Source of the DNA: Pseudomonadota bacterium
GTDB taxonomy: Bacteria > Pseudomonadota > Alphaproteobacteria > Rickettsiales > UBA3002
Length of the DNA stretch: 56,094 nucleotides
Direction: 5' to 3'
Assembly: GCA_963205305.1 (NCBI GenBank)
Contig: CAUJIC010000071.1
Coordinates: 1-56,094, forward strand
The notes under the pieces were generated by a model that was not told the DNA's origin, did no database searches, and saw nothing but the letters and a program-made list of their open reading frames with translations. Made by a program: the position numbers and the translations under genes. Below, in pieces: positions 10,229 through 19,051 of the stretch (positions are counted from its first letter, which is position 1; the number at the start of each line of letters is the position of its first letter).

Positions 10229-10852
10229 ATGAAATACGCGGTTATCACAAGTCTACTGGTTGCGTTCGCCACGCCAGCATTTGCGCTACCAAGCTGTGCG
10301 CCATCCAACCGTGTGCCTGTCGAGAATTACCCGGGGGCGAAAGCGATTAATACCAGCAACAACCTTGTGCTGCCTGCGGGCAAAGCCATGGCTGCTGAGG
10401 GGCAAAAAATTACGATTACGGGTAAAGTGCTCGACAAAAACTGTGCGCCCGTGATGAACGCTGTGGTGGAATTGTGGCAAAAGAACCCTTATGGCCGCTG
10501 GATCTTAGCCAGCGATGCCGATTTAGCAGGGGCCGAGCCAACTTTTGCGGGCACAGGGCGCACCTATACTGATAACGAGGGCAAGTTTGTCTTTTTTACC
10601 TTGTTTCCCGCCCCTGCGGAGAAACGTGCGCCGTTTGTGAATGTTAAAATCCAAGGGCAGGGCATTTCGGATTTCACGACGGCACTGTTCTTCGCGGCTG
10701 ATAAACGTAACGACGCCGATGCCGTGTTTATGAAGCTAAGTGAAAAAACCCGCAAGGATATAAGCCTTGTGGTGGATGAAAACGAAGCAGGCGAATTGGT
10801 TGGCACGGTGGAGATTGTGCTGCCTGTAGTGACGCCGTATCGGTCGTATTAA
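10229..10852 (+). CDS. Secreted intradiol ring-cleavage dioxygenase-like protein (protocatechuate 3,4-dioxygenase beta-like fold), probably non-catalytic
   Basis: Internal ATG at 10229 gives signal peptide MKYAVITSLLVAFATPAFA. Core ITITGKVLDKNCAPVMNAVVELWQKNPYGRW...TDNEGKFVFFTLFP resembles the dioxygenase_C fold. The upstream extension of ORF 9956 overlaps the previous gene and was rejected. Confidence 0.7.
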   Translation: MKYAVITSLLVAFATPAFALPSCAPSNRVPVENYPGAKAINTSNNLVLPAGKAMAAEGQKITITGKVLDKNCAPVMNAVVELWQKNPYGRWILASDADLAGAEPTFAGTGRTYTDNEGKFVFFTLFPAPAEKRAPFVNVKIQGQGISDFTTALFFAADKRNDADAVFMKLSEKTRKDISLVVDENEAGELVGTVEIVLPVVTPYRSY

Positions 10853-10858
10853 GCGAAG

Positions 10859-12271
10859 CTATTTCGGCGCAATCATATCCTCGGGGCGTACCCATTGGTC
10901 GAACTGCTCGCTGGTGAGTAGGCCTAGCTCCATCGCGGCAGCCTTGAGGGTCGTGCCCTCGTGGTGCGCCTTCTTCGCGGCTTTGGCAGCGTTGTCGTAA
11001 CCGATATGGGGGTTCAATGCTGTCACCAGCATCAGGCTTTCATTCAGCAATTGGGTGATGCGTTTTTCGTTCGCCTCAATCCCCACCACGCAATTATCGG
11101 TGAAGCTGTTGCAGGCATCCGCAATCAAACGGATGGATTGAAGCACGTTGAAGATGATAACAGGCTTGAACACGTTCAACTCGAAATGGCCGTTGCTGCC
11201 AGCGATGGTGACGGCGGTGTGGTTGCCCATCACTTGCGCGGCGACCATGGTCATGGCCTCGGACTGGGTGGGGTTCACCTTACCCGGCATGATGGAGGAG
11301 CCAGGTTCGTTCTCAGGGAGCGCTAACTCACCAAGGCCGCAACGTGGGCCGCTGCCGAGCAGGCGGATATCGTTAGCGATTTTCATGAGGGACACGGCAA
11401 CGGTGTTGAGTGCGCCTGAGATTTCCACCATCGCATCATGCGCGGCCAATGCCTCGAACTTGTTGGGGGCGGTGACGAAGGGAAGCTTGGTGATGCTGGC
11501 CACTTCCGCTGCGAATTTAACATCGAAGCCGATTTTAGTGTTGAGGCCTGTGCCAACGGCAGTGCCGCCTTGCGCGAGTTGATACAGGCGCGGTAGGCAG
11601 GATTTAACACGCGCAATGCCATATTCCACTTGCGTGGTGTAGCCCGAAAATTCCTGACCCAAGGTTAGCGGCGTTGCATCCATCAAGTGCGTGCGGCCAA
11701 TTTTGACGATGCTCTCGAATGCTTTGGCCTTTGCCGCTAGCGCCTTGTGCAAATGCTCCATGGCTGGGATTAGGGCATGGTGCACTTGCTCCACCGCCGC
11801 GATGTGCATGGCGGTTGGGAAGGAATCGTTGCTGGATTGCCCCATGTTCACATGGTCGTTCGGGTGTACTGGCTTTTTGCTGCCCATGGTGCCGCCGAGA
11901 AGCTCAATCGCGCGGTTACTAATCACTTCGTTCGCGTTCATGTTGGTTTGCGTGCCGCTGCCTGTTTGCCAAACCACTAGGGGGAAGTGGTCATCCAGCT
12001 TGCCGTCCATCACCTCGGTGGCGGCGGTGACAATGGCTTCGCCCATTTTTTTATCAAGCCCTGCGATTTGCATGTTCACCTGTGCCGCCGCGCGCTTGAG
12101 CACGCCTAGCGCGCGGATGAGGGGCTTGGGCATCGTCTCGCCGCCGATTTTGAAGTTCATGAGGCTGCGGCTTGTCTGTGCGCCCCAGTATTTATCGGCA
12201 GGGACGGCGATTTCTCCGAAGCTATCGGTTTCCATACGCACTTGGGTATTCAATTTTTCAGCGGCGGACAT
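10859..12271 (-). CDS. fumC: Fumarate hydratase, class II
   Basis: 470 aa with the class II signature [21 protein letters not shown]-terminus ...[24 protein letters not shown]. Confidence 0.95.
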   Translation of the reverse strand: MSAAEKLNTQVRMETDSFGEIAVPADKYWGAQTSRSLMNFKIGGETMPKPLIRALGVLKRAAAQVNMQIAGLDKKMGEAIVTAATEVMDGKLDDHFPLVVWQTGSGTQTNMNANEVISNRAIELLGGTMGSKKPVHPNDHVNMGQSSNDSFPTAMHIAAVEQVHHALIPAMEHLHKALAAKAKAFESIVKIGRTHLMDATPLTLGQEFSGYTTQVEYGIARVKSCLPRLYQLAQGGTAVGTGLNTKIGFDVKFAAEVASITKLPFVTAPNKFEALAAHDAMVEISGALNTVAVSLMKIANDIRLLGSGPRCGLGELALPENEPGSSIMPGKVNPTQSEAMTMVAAQVMGNHTAVTIAGSNGHFELNVFKPVIIFNVLQSIRLIADACNSFTDNCVVGIEANEKRITQLLNESLMLVTALNPHIGYDNAAKAAKKAHHEGTTLKAAAMELGLLTSEQFDQWVRPEDMIAPK

Positions 12272-12320
12272 GTGGGCTCCTTGTAATGAATATTCTGCGA
12301 CTCAAAGCATTCTTTGTTGC

Positions 12321-13451
12321 TTAGGAAAAGAAGATTTTTCGCGCATCGTTGAACAGCGTGAAGGCCATTAGCATCATGATAATAGTGAAGCCGAGGCGGT
12401 AACTATACTCTGTAAACTTTTCGGGCAGCGGTTTGCCGGTGATAGCCTCCAGCGCATAGAACACCAGATGCCCGCCATCAAGCATGGGTAAGGGGAATAA
12501 ATTGACGAGGCCAATACCCGCAGAAAGTATCGCGATGAACCATAAAAGCGTCATTAGCGTTTCGTGGATAGTATCGCCCTGCTGGGTGATATCACCCGAA
12601 AGTTTGGCAATGCCAAGTGTGCCCGTGAGGGCTTTGGCGCTGCGATCACCCACAATGATTTGCCCCAGCGCATGCAGGTTGGTGACACACATATCATAGG
12701 TTTTTTCGGTGGCGTACCATATGGCTTGCGGCATGGTTACATTTTCGCGCGTTGTTTTCTGGCTACGGATGCCGATGAGAGGGCGCTTCTCGACATTGCC
12801 GGTCATATCTTTTTCGGCATATTCGATGGGCGTGATTTTGAGTTTCATCTCTTTCGTTTTGCGCAGCACCGTGAGCTCCACAGGGGTGTAGAGGTTGGTG
12901 ATGAGTGTTTCGGGGATATCGTTAAAGCGGTGCATCTGCTTGCCATCAATCGCCACAATGCGATCACCAGCCTTAAGGCCAGCGCTCGCGGCAGGGGTGT
13001 TGGGCATGACTTCGCCCACGATTGGCTTAGTGCTGGCGATGCCAACGGTGTAGATGAAGTAGGTCAGCACGCCGATGGTGAGGATGAAATTGGCGGCAGG
13101 GCCAGCCGCAACAATGAGGGATTTTTGCCATAGGGTTTTATGGTGCAGGCTGCCTTTTTTTTCCTCCTCGCTCATGGTGGCGAGGGCTTGGTGGTCGGGT
13201 GTGCTGGCGGCGCTGGCATCGCCTGACATTTTGACGTAGCCGCCAAGGGGAAAGAGGCCAATTTTCCAGCGTGTGCCATGTCTATCAGTACGGCCAAGAA
13301 TCTCGCGGCCAAAGCCAATGGAGAAGGTTTCGATTTTCACTCCAAACCACCGTGCGACAATGAAATGGCCATATTCGTGCACGAACACAATCACGCTGAT
13401 AATGAGCGCGAATGACCATGCGTAATGGAAGATGTTTCCTAGCAATTCCAT
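12321..13451 (-). CDS. rseP: RIP (site-2) zinc metalloprotease
   Basis: HEYGHFIVARWFG (HExxH) in the first TM, a PDZ-like middle region, and C-terminal ...NLFPLPMLDGGHL. Conserved position after dxr. Confidence 0.9.
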   Translation of the reverse strand: MELLGNIFHYAWSFALIISVIVFVHEYGHFIVARWFGVKIETFSIGFGREILGRTDRHGTRWKIGLFPLGGYVKMSGDASAASTPDHQALATMSEEEKKGSLHHKTLWQKSLIVAAGPAANFILTIGVLTYFIYTVGIASTKPIVGEVMPNTPAASAGLKAGDRIVAIDGKQMHRFNDIPETLITNLYTPVELTVLRKTKEMKLKITPIEYAEKDMTGNVEKRPLIGIRSQKTTRENVTMPQAIWYATEKTYDMCVTNLHALGQIIVGDRSAKALTGTLGIAKLSGDITQQGDTIHETLMTLLWFIAILSAGIGLVNLFPLPMLDGGHLVFYALEAITGKPLPEKFTEYSYRLGFTIIMMLMAFTLFNDARKIFFS

Positions 13452-14635
13452 AAAGTTTCCTCGGTGCGGCGGCGGGCTTCTTGATCGGCGGCAAGTACAT
13501 CGTCGATAGTTGCGATGGCCGTATTTTTTGTGGAGTCTAACACCTGCTCGACGGTGGATGCAATGGCGGTGAACGGAATCTCGCGGGCGAGGAATTGGGC
13601 GACGCTAACCTCGTTTGCGGCATTCAGTGCTATGAGGTGGGCAGGCCCAGCGCTCAGCGCGGCACGGGCAAGACCAAGCGCAGGGAAGCGCGCATCTTCC
13701 AGCGGTTCAAAATTCAGGCGGCCAATTTCAGCGAGGTTTAGGCGCGGGGTAGCCACAGCGATGCGATTTGGCCAGCTGAGCGCATAGGCGATGGGGATGG
13801 CCATATCGGGCATCCCGAGCTGGGCGAGCACCGAGCCATCCGCATAATGCACCAGTGAGTGAATGATGGATTCGGGGTGCACCAGCACATCGAGTTTGCT
13901 CGCGGGCATATCGAACAGATAATGCGCCTCAATTAGCTCCAGCCCCTTGTTCATCATGGTTGCGGAATCGACCGAAATTTTGGCGCCCATGCTCCAGCGT
14001 GGGTGGTTGACCGCTTCTTCGGGCGTGACCGTATCCATGGTTTCTAGTGGGCGACGAAGGAGGGGGCCACCCGAGGCGGTGAGGGTTATTTTCTCGACCT
14101 GTTCGCGGTGTTCCAGCGCGAGCACTTGGAAAATGGCGTTATGCTCGGAATCCACCGGCAATAGCTTGGTGCCATGGGTGGCGCAGAGTTTCATCGCCAG
14201 TTCGCCCGCACAGACGAGCGATTCCTTGTTGGCCAGCGCCACGGCGTTGCCTTGCTCCATAGCGCGAAGGGTAGGCAACAGGCCAGCGCTGCCGACAATG
14301 GCGGCGATGGTGATGTCGGTGGGCGCGCAGGCTGCTTCCTCGATGCCACTGGCACCTGCGAGGACGCGGATGTTGAGGGGTTTCAGCGCATCGCGCACCG
14401 CAGTTGCATATGTCTCGTTACCAATGGCCACCACGGATGGGCGGAATTGCTGGGCGAGGGCGATGAGCTTTTCGGCGTTATTTTGGGCGGTGAGGGCAGT
14501 GATGTGAAAGCGATTGGGGTGTTGGCTAATCACCCGCAGGCTGCTCTCGCCGATGGAACCCGTGGCGCCAAGGATGGATACACGGCGGGGCGCGGTGGTA
14601 AGATGAATTGAAGATGCGCGTGCGGTTTGGGGCAT
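13439..14635 (-). CDS. dxr: 1-deoxy-D-xylulose 5-phosphate reductoisomerase
   Basis: 398 aa. ILGATGSIGESSL NADPH-binding start, ...LLPVDSEHNAIFQ..., ...NKGLELIEAHYLF... Confidence 0.95.
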   Translation of the reverse strand: MPQTARASSIHLTTAPRRVSILGATGSIGESSLRVISQHPNRFHITALTAQNNAEKLIALAQQFRPSVVAIGNETYATAVRDALKPLNIRVLAGASGIEEAACAPTDITIAAIVGSAGLLPTLRAMEQGNAVALANKESLVCAGELAMKLCATHGTKLLPVDSEHNAIFQVLALEHREQVEKITLTASGGPLLRRPLETMDTVTPEEAVNHPRWSMGAKISVDSATMMNKGLELIEAHYLFDMPASKLDVLVHPESIIHSLVHYADGSVLAQLGMPDMAIPIAYALSWPNRIAVATPRLNLAEIGRLNFEPLEDARFPALGLARAALSAGPAHLIALNAANEVSVAQFLAREIPFTAIASTVEQVLDSTKNTAIATIDDVLAADQEARRRTEETLWNC

Positions 14636-14644
14636 GGCTGGGCG

Positions 14645-15274
14645 CTATTGCAGGTGAAGGCGCATATAGAGCGCCCCTGCGGCAAAGATAGCGCAGGGCA
14701 GCAGGGCATCGACCCGATCGAACAAGCCGCCATGCCCTGGGATGAGTGTGCCGCTATCCTTCACGCCTGCGCGGCGCTTAAGAGCAGATTCGAACATATC
14801 ACCACCCAACCCGACCACTGCAAAGATAGCGCCGAGGATGGCATGGGGGATGGGCGCCACGTTGCCCAAATAGGCCGACATAGCTGCGCTAGCGATGATG
14901 GAACCTGCAAGCCCCTCCCAGCTTTTGCCTGGGCTGATGGCGGGCGCGATTTTGTGCTTCCCGAATTTTTTGCCAACAAAATAGGCGGCGATGTCGCCTG
15001 TCCACACAATCACCATGAGGGCGATGAGGATATGGATATTCGCTGCCCGAAGAAAAAGGAGGCTGGCGATGGCTGCGGTGATATAGAGGATGCCAAGCGG
15101 CAAAAAGATGCGGTTGCGCTGTTTGGTCAGCCCCCACCATTCCTTGAGCAAAATGACAAAGCCGACCGCACACATGGCTGCAAAGCTGGTGAAACTCCAG
15201 ATGGTAAGGATGATGACCACCGCGCCCAAAAGAATGCCGCTGACGAGTCGTTGGCGCAGTTCACTGATGGCCAT
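14645..15274 (-). CDS. cdsA: Phosphatidate cytidylyltransferase (short form, 209 aa)
   Basis: C-terminal CDS signature SALKRRAGVKDSGTLIPGHGGLFDRVDALL. Multi-TM. Lies directly after uppS. Confidence 0.85.
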   Translation of the reverse strand: MAISELRQRLVSGILLGAVVIILTIWSFTSFAAMCAVGFVILLKEWWGLTKQRNRIFLPLGILYITAAIASLLFLRAANIHILIALMVIVWTGDIAAYFVGKKFGKHKIAPAISPGKSWEGLAGSIIASAAMSAYLGNVAPIPHAILGAIFAVVGLGGDMFESALKRRAGVKDSGTLIPGHGGLFDRVDALLPCAIFAAGALYMRLHLQ

Positions 15275-16024
15275 TTACGCTTCCTTTCGTTTGCCGAAGC
15301 GGCGCTCGCGCTGGCTGTAACATTCAATCGCCGCATCGAGATCGGCAGGCGTGAAATCGGGCCAGAGTTTTTCGGTGAAATAGAACTCAGTGTAGGCCGA
15401 TTGCCAGAGAAGAAAATTGCTCAGGCGTTCGTCGCCGCCGGTGCGGATGAGCAGGTCGGGGTCGGGCGTGTTGGCGGTGTGTAGGTGCGCGGAAATGACA
15501 TCCGCAGTAATGGCATCGGGCACGAGTGCGCCTGCCTCAATTTTTTTACAAATGCGCTTCATGGCGGTCGCCATTTCTTGGCGCGAGCCATAGGAAATAG
15601 CCATGCTGACGGTGAGCCCCGTGTTGTTTTGCGTTAGCGTTCGCACGGATTCAAGGTCGCGCTGGATATCGGGAGCAAGGGTTTCAAGCTCGCCAATGAA
15701 CTGCATGCGGATGTTGTTTTCGTGCAAGGTCGCTGCTTCGCGCCGTAAATAATGGCGCAGCAAGTTCATCAAATCCTCGACCTCATCGGCAGGGCGATTC
15801 CAGTTTTCGAGAGAAAATGCGTAGAGGGTGAGGTAACGAATAAATGGGCGCGCGCGGCAGCTATCGAGCAAGGTGCGCAGCACTTCGCTGCCTTGGCTGT
15901 GGCCGCGCATGCGTGTCACTTTGCGCGTATCGGCCCAACGGCCATTGCCATCCATGATGATAGCAATGTGCTGCGGCAATGCAGGTGCCGAGGATGCGGG
16001 AATTGCCTGTGCGGCGGGGCCCAT
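15275..16024 (-). CDS. uppS: Undecaprenyl diphosphate synthase
   Basis: HIAIIMDGNGRWA motif, ...LTLYAFSLENWNRP..., ...DLLIRTGGDERLSNFLLWQSAYTEF. Confidence 0.95.
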   Translation of the reverse strand: MGPAAQAIPASSAPALPQHIAIIMDGNGRWADTRKVTRMRGHSQGSEVLRTLLDSCRARPFIRYLTLYAFSLENWNRPADEVEDLMNLLRHYLRREAATLHENNIRMQFIGELETLAPDIQRDLESVRTLTQNNTGLTVSMAISYGSRQEMATAMKRICKKIEAGALVPDAITADVISAHLHTANTPDPDLLIRTGGDERLSNFLLWQSAYTEFYFTEKLWPDFTPADLDAAIECYSQRERRFGKRKEA

Positions 16025-16030
16025 GGTGCC

Positions 16031-16576
16031 CTATACGCTCATGATGTCTTTTTCTTTGGCCGCCAAAAGCTCGTCGATTTTTTTGACAAAATCGTCGGTC
16101 AGCTTCTGCACTTTTTCCGATTGGCCGCGCTGTTCGTCTTCGGAAATTTTCTTTTCTTTTTCCTGCTTCTTCAGCTCGTCCATGCCATCGCGGCGCACGT
16201 TACGCACGGCAACTTTGGCGCTCTCGGCATATTTGTGAGCGATTTTCACCATCTCCTTGCGGCGATCTTCCGAAGGGGCAGGGATGGGCACGCGGATAGT
16301 TTGGCCATCGACCGCAGGGTTCAAGCCCATGTCGGATTCGCGGATGGCTTTTTCCACCGCTTTAATCATGGATTTATCCCACACGTTCACCATCAGCATG
16401 CGCGCCTCAGGGGCAGTGACGTTGCCGACTTGGTTCATGGGTAGCATGGAGCCATAGGCTTCGATCTGGATGTTATCGAGTAGGTTGGTGGATGCGCGAC
16501 CCGTACGCAGCGAGCCAAATTCCTTGGAAAGGGTCGCTAGCGCGCCATCCATACGTTTGGTGAGGTCTTGTATCAT
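16031..16576 (-). CDS. frr: Ribosome recycling factor
   Basis: 181 aa with typical RRF sequence ...[21 protein letters not shown]...[15 protein letters not shown]... Confidence 0.95.
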   Translation of the reverse strand: MIQDLTKRMDGALATLSKEFGSLRTGRASTNLLDNIQIEAYGSMLPMNQVGNVTAPEARMLMVNVWDKSMIKAVEKAIRESDMGLNPAVDGQTIRVPIPAPSEDRRKEMVKIAHKYAESAKVAVRNVRRDGMDELKKQEKEKKISEDEQRGQSEKVQKLTDDFVKKIDELLAAKEKDIMSV

Positions 16577-16614
16577 AATTAATCTCCTACAATGATTGCT
16601 CGCCGCAAGGCGCG

Positions 16615-17364
16615 TTATTTTTGATCTTGAATGATGGTGTATTTGCCCTCGCCCGCGAGCACTTTGGCGAAATTACCCTGCTCGAGGATGGAGAAGACGA
16701 TAATCGGGATTTTGTTCTCACGCGTCAGCGAAATGGCGGCGGCATCCATCACTTTAAGGTCTTGGCTCAGCACCTCGTGATGGGTGAGGGTGGCGTGGTG
16801 CGTTGCGTTCGGGTCCTTCTTCGGATCGGCGCTGTAGACACCATCGACCGAGGTTGCCTTGAGCAATACATCGCAGCTCATTTCCGAAGCGCGAAGCGCA
16901 GCCGTGGTATCGGTGGTGAAATAAGGGCTGCCTATGCCGCCTGCGAAAATTACCACGCGGCCACGCTCGAGGTGGCGGATGGCGCGGCGGCGGATGTAAG
17001 GCTCGCAGATTTGATCCATCTCGATGGCCGACATTACGCGGGTTTCGATGCCTGTTTGGTCGAGGATGTTTTGGATGGCGAGTGCATTGAGGATGGTGGC
17101 GAGCATGCCCATGTAATCGGCGCTCGAACGCTCCATGCCTTGGGCAGCGCCAGAAATGCCGCGGAAGATATTGCCGCCACCAACGACGACGCACACTTGT
17201 ACGCCCGAATCCGCCACTTCCTTAATATCGACCGCGATGCGTTGGATGGTTTTGAGGTCCTGCCCATAGCCCTTATCGCCCATCAGCGCCTCACCAGAAA
17301 CTTTGATGAGAACGCGGTTATATTTCGGTGCAGTGGCAGTTTTGGCGAGGGGGGATGTGTTCAT
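16615..17364 (-). CDS. pyrH: UMP kinase
   Basis: [15 protein letters not shown]..., [11 protein letters not shown], ...[22 protein letters not shown]. Confidence 0.95.
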   Translation of the reverse strand: MNTSPLAKTATAPKYNRVLIKVSGEALMGDKGYGQDLKTIQRIAVDIKEVADSGVQVCVVVGGGNIFRGISGAAQGMERSSADYMGMLATILNALAIQNILDQTGIETRVMSAIEMDQICEPYIRRRAIRHLERGRVVIFAGGIGSPYFTTDTTAALRASEMSCDVLLKATSVDGVYSADPKKDPNATHHATLTHHEVLSQDLKVMDAAAISLTRENKIPIIVFSILEQGNFAKVLAGEGKYTIIQDQK

Positions 17365-17439
17365 GGCGGGCTCCGTTAATCGGCCATAGAACTAGCCCGA
17401 TTGGCTGGAATTACAAGGGGAATTTGGGTTGGACTTAGA

Positions 17440-17457
17440 ATGTCATGAAACTGTCAC
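17440..17457 (+). promoter_or_regulatory. Pho-box-like direct repeat ATGTCAT-GAAA-CTGTCAC (best match in window)
   Basis: 13/14 heptamer positions match CTGTCAT-N4-CTGTCAY. Lies 59 nt upstream of ATG 17517, same orientation. Confidence 0.55.
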
Positions 17458-17516
17458 ACCCATTTTGGAAGGAATTTGTTAGTAGGAGGCATTAATTTAA
17501 TAAAAAAGGAGCATTT

Positions 17517-17948
17517 ATGACGCAACAGTACAGATCACACGCAGATAGATTTCAATCGGCAGCCGCAACGCTTCCTGCAAGCGGTACAAAGGATCAAGCC
17601 TTCATCGATGTAACCAAATCTGAAAATTTGGAAAGAGCGCTGGGGCAGTTGTTTCAAGCATGGAAGGGTGCGCCAGAGGAGCAATCTGCTGTGCGATTTA
17701 GCCTAGTGGTTGGTAGCGACAGTAGGCAAGCGATTGCTATTTCGCCAACCAATGAGCATGCCATTGTCTCTGCTACGCAGGCGCAGCAGTTTTTATCGGT
17801 TGTTGCTGGTGCGGTGGGTGATTTTAGGGCCAAGTTTGATGATAGCGGTAGCTTGAAAATCACGGAACCGCTGCAAAAATGGGCGCTTGGAATCCAAAAA
17901 ATGCGCAGTGGGTTGGCTCAGGATAACGACATCGCGGCAGCGCGCTAG
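17517..17948 (+). CDS. Hypothetical protein (orphan, 143 aa)
   Basis: ATG preceded by AAAGGAG at 17506-17512. No recognisable motif. Lies in an AT-richer insertion between pyrH and tsf. Confidence 0.5.
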   Translation: MTQQYRSHADRFQSAAATLPASGTKDQAFIDVTKSENLERALGQLFQAWKGAPEEQSAVRFSLVVGSDSRQAIAISPTNEHAIVSATQAQQFLSVVAGAVGDFRAKFDDSGSLKITEPLQKWALGIQKMRSGLAQDNDIAAAR

Positions 17949-17990
17949 TTTTTGAATTCCAGCATCTTTTTGGATTATTGGGACTTTTAG

Positions 17991-18614
17991 ATGGTTTCCG
18001 CACTTGAATCGTATCGCCGACGCGCCACTCAATTGGCTAAGGCTTTGTCGTCTGGCGCTATTGAAATGGTGTCGCTCGATCACGCGGAACTTAAAAAATT
18101 TAGAGTCTTTATCCATAGTGACGAAAATGCATGGCAGCGATTCCTAGGTTGGCAAGACCGAACGCTTCATGCAAAAACAACGCGCGATCATTTAGACCAA
18201 TGGTACTTTACTCAAGGCAAGCATACATATTCGTTTCTAGCCAAAATCGTAGGAGAGGATCGCTATGTTGGTTGGTTGACAATCAATAGTGCTGAAACAA
18301 GACCTGAGCTTCAAATTGGATATTTTATTCTCCCCTCAGAGCGCAACAAGGGATTGGCTACGCAGATAGTAAATCAGACGATTCTTGCTTGTGAAAACCA
18401 TCCGCACATGCTGCCTTGGAAGAATATTATCGCGGGCGTAGAAGAAGATAATGCGGCATCCATGTCTGTTTTAAAGAAAGCAGGATTTATCGAAAGCAAG
18501 GAAGATAATGTCATTGTGGGAAATCAAGATTTGCAGCTAGTGATGTTTAGGCGCTCCCTTGATAAGGCCGCTGATTTACACAAGAAAGTAGTTAGGGATG
18601 GAGTGGCGCGCTGA
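17991..18614 (+). CDS. GNAT family N-acetyltransferase (RimJ/RimL-like)
   Basis: ...ELQIGYFILPSERNKGLATQIVNQTI...EEDNAASMSVLKKAGF... is a typical acetyl-CoA-binding core of the RimJ/L-type family. It carries a ~40-aa N-terminal extension. Confidence 0.75.
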   Translation: MVSALESYRRRATQLAKALSSGAIEMVSLDHAELKKFRVFIHSDENAWQRFLGWQDRTLHAKTTRDHLDQWYFTQGKHTYSFLAKIVGEDRYVGWLTINSAETRPELQIGYFILPSERNKGLATQIVNQTILACENHPHMLPWKNIIAGVEEDNAASMSVLKKAGFIESKEDNVIVGNQDLQLVMFRRSLDKAADLHKKVVRDGVAR

Positions 18615-18978
18615 ATGGTAGAGATACTGTGTCAGGCTCATACGCATAGCCTGCGCCGGTACCTGCATCGACTACCGCTGGAATACCGCCAAGTGCAAGG
18701 TTGCCATAGGCACGGCCGCGGGTTTTAGGCTCTAGCTTCGCGCTAACGGGCTGATAGCCAGCAAGTGTACACTTAACGGTGAGTGTTTGGAATGCGCGAG
18801 GGATGGCGACGGTGCCAGGGGTTTTCTCGAGCGTCCAGCTTTCTTGGCCATTGGTGAGGATGCATTGCGCGCCCGCAGGGTTGGTGGTGATGGAAATATC
18901 CTGCTCCTTCTCACCCGTAATAGTAGCGCAGGCGCTTAGAGCGAGGAGAAGGGTGATGCTGGTGATGTGCTGTTTCAT
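18592..18978 (-). CDS. Lipoprotein, PEGA-like
   Basis: Internal ATG gives MKQHITSITLLLALSAC (lipobox LSAC). ...TTNPAGAQCILTNGQESWTLEKTPGTV resembles a PEGA repeat. Its 3' end overlaps the convergent GNAT gene by 23 nt. Confidence 0.6.
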   Translation of the reverse strand: MKQHITSITLLLALSACATITGEKEQDISITTNPAGAQCILTNGQESWTLEKTPGTVAIPRAFQTLTVKCTLAGYQPVSAKLEPKTRGRAYGNLALGGIPAVVDAGTGAGYAYEPDTVSLPFSAPLHP

Positions 18979-18993
18979 GCGCCCACTATAGCG

Positions 18994-19026
18994 AAAAAAG
19001 AAAAGGCCAGCAACCACTTGCTGGCC
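18994..19026 (-). terminator. Intrinsic terminator after tsf
   Basis: Stem GGCCAGCAA (19005-19013) / TTGCTGGCC (19018-19026) with a 4-nt loop. On the minus strand it is followed by TTTTCTTTTTT. Confidence 0.7.
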
Positions 19027-19051
19027 TTTTCGATTTAGAATGAGCGTAAGT

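Noticed and set aside
17517-18614. Orphan 143-aa ORF plus GNAT interpreted as a GNAT-toxin/antitoxin (TacT/AtaT-like) pair.
   Set aside because: The GNAT has the RimJ/RimL-type core and an N-terminal extension rather than the compact ~170-aa toxin form. The upstream ORF is too long and shows no RHH/DUF1778-like C-terminus. The genes are separated by 42 nt with no overlap.
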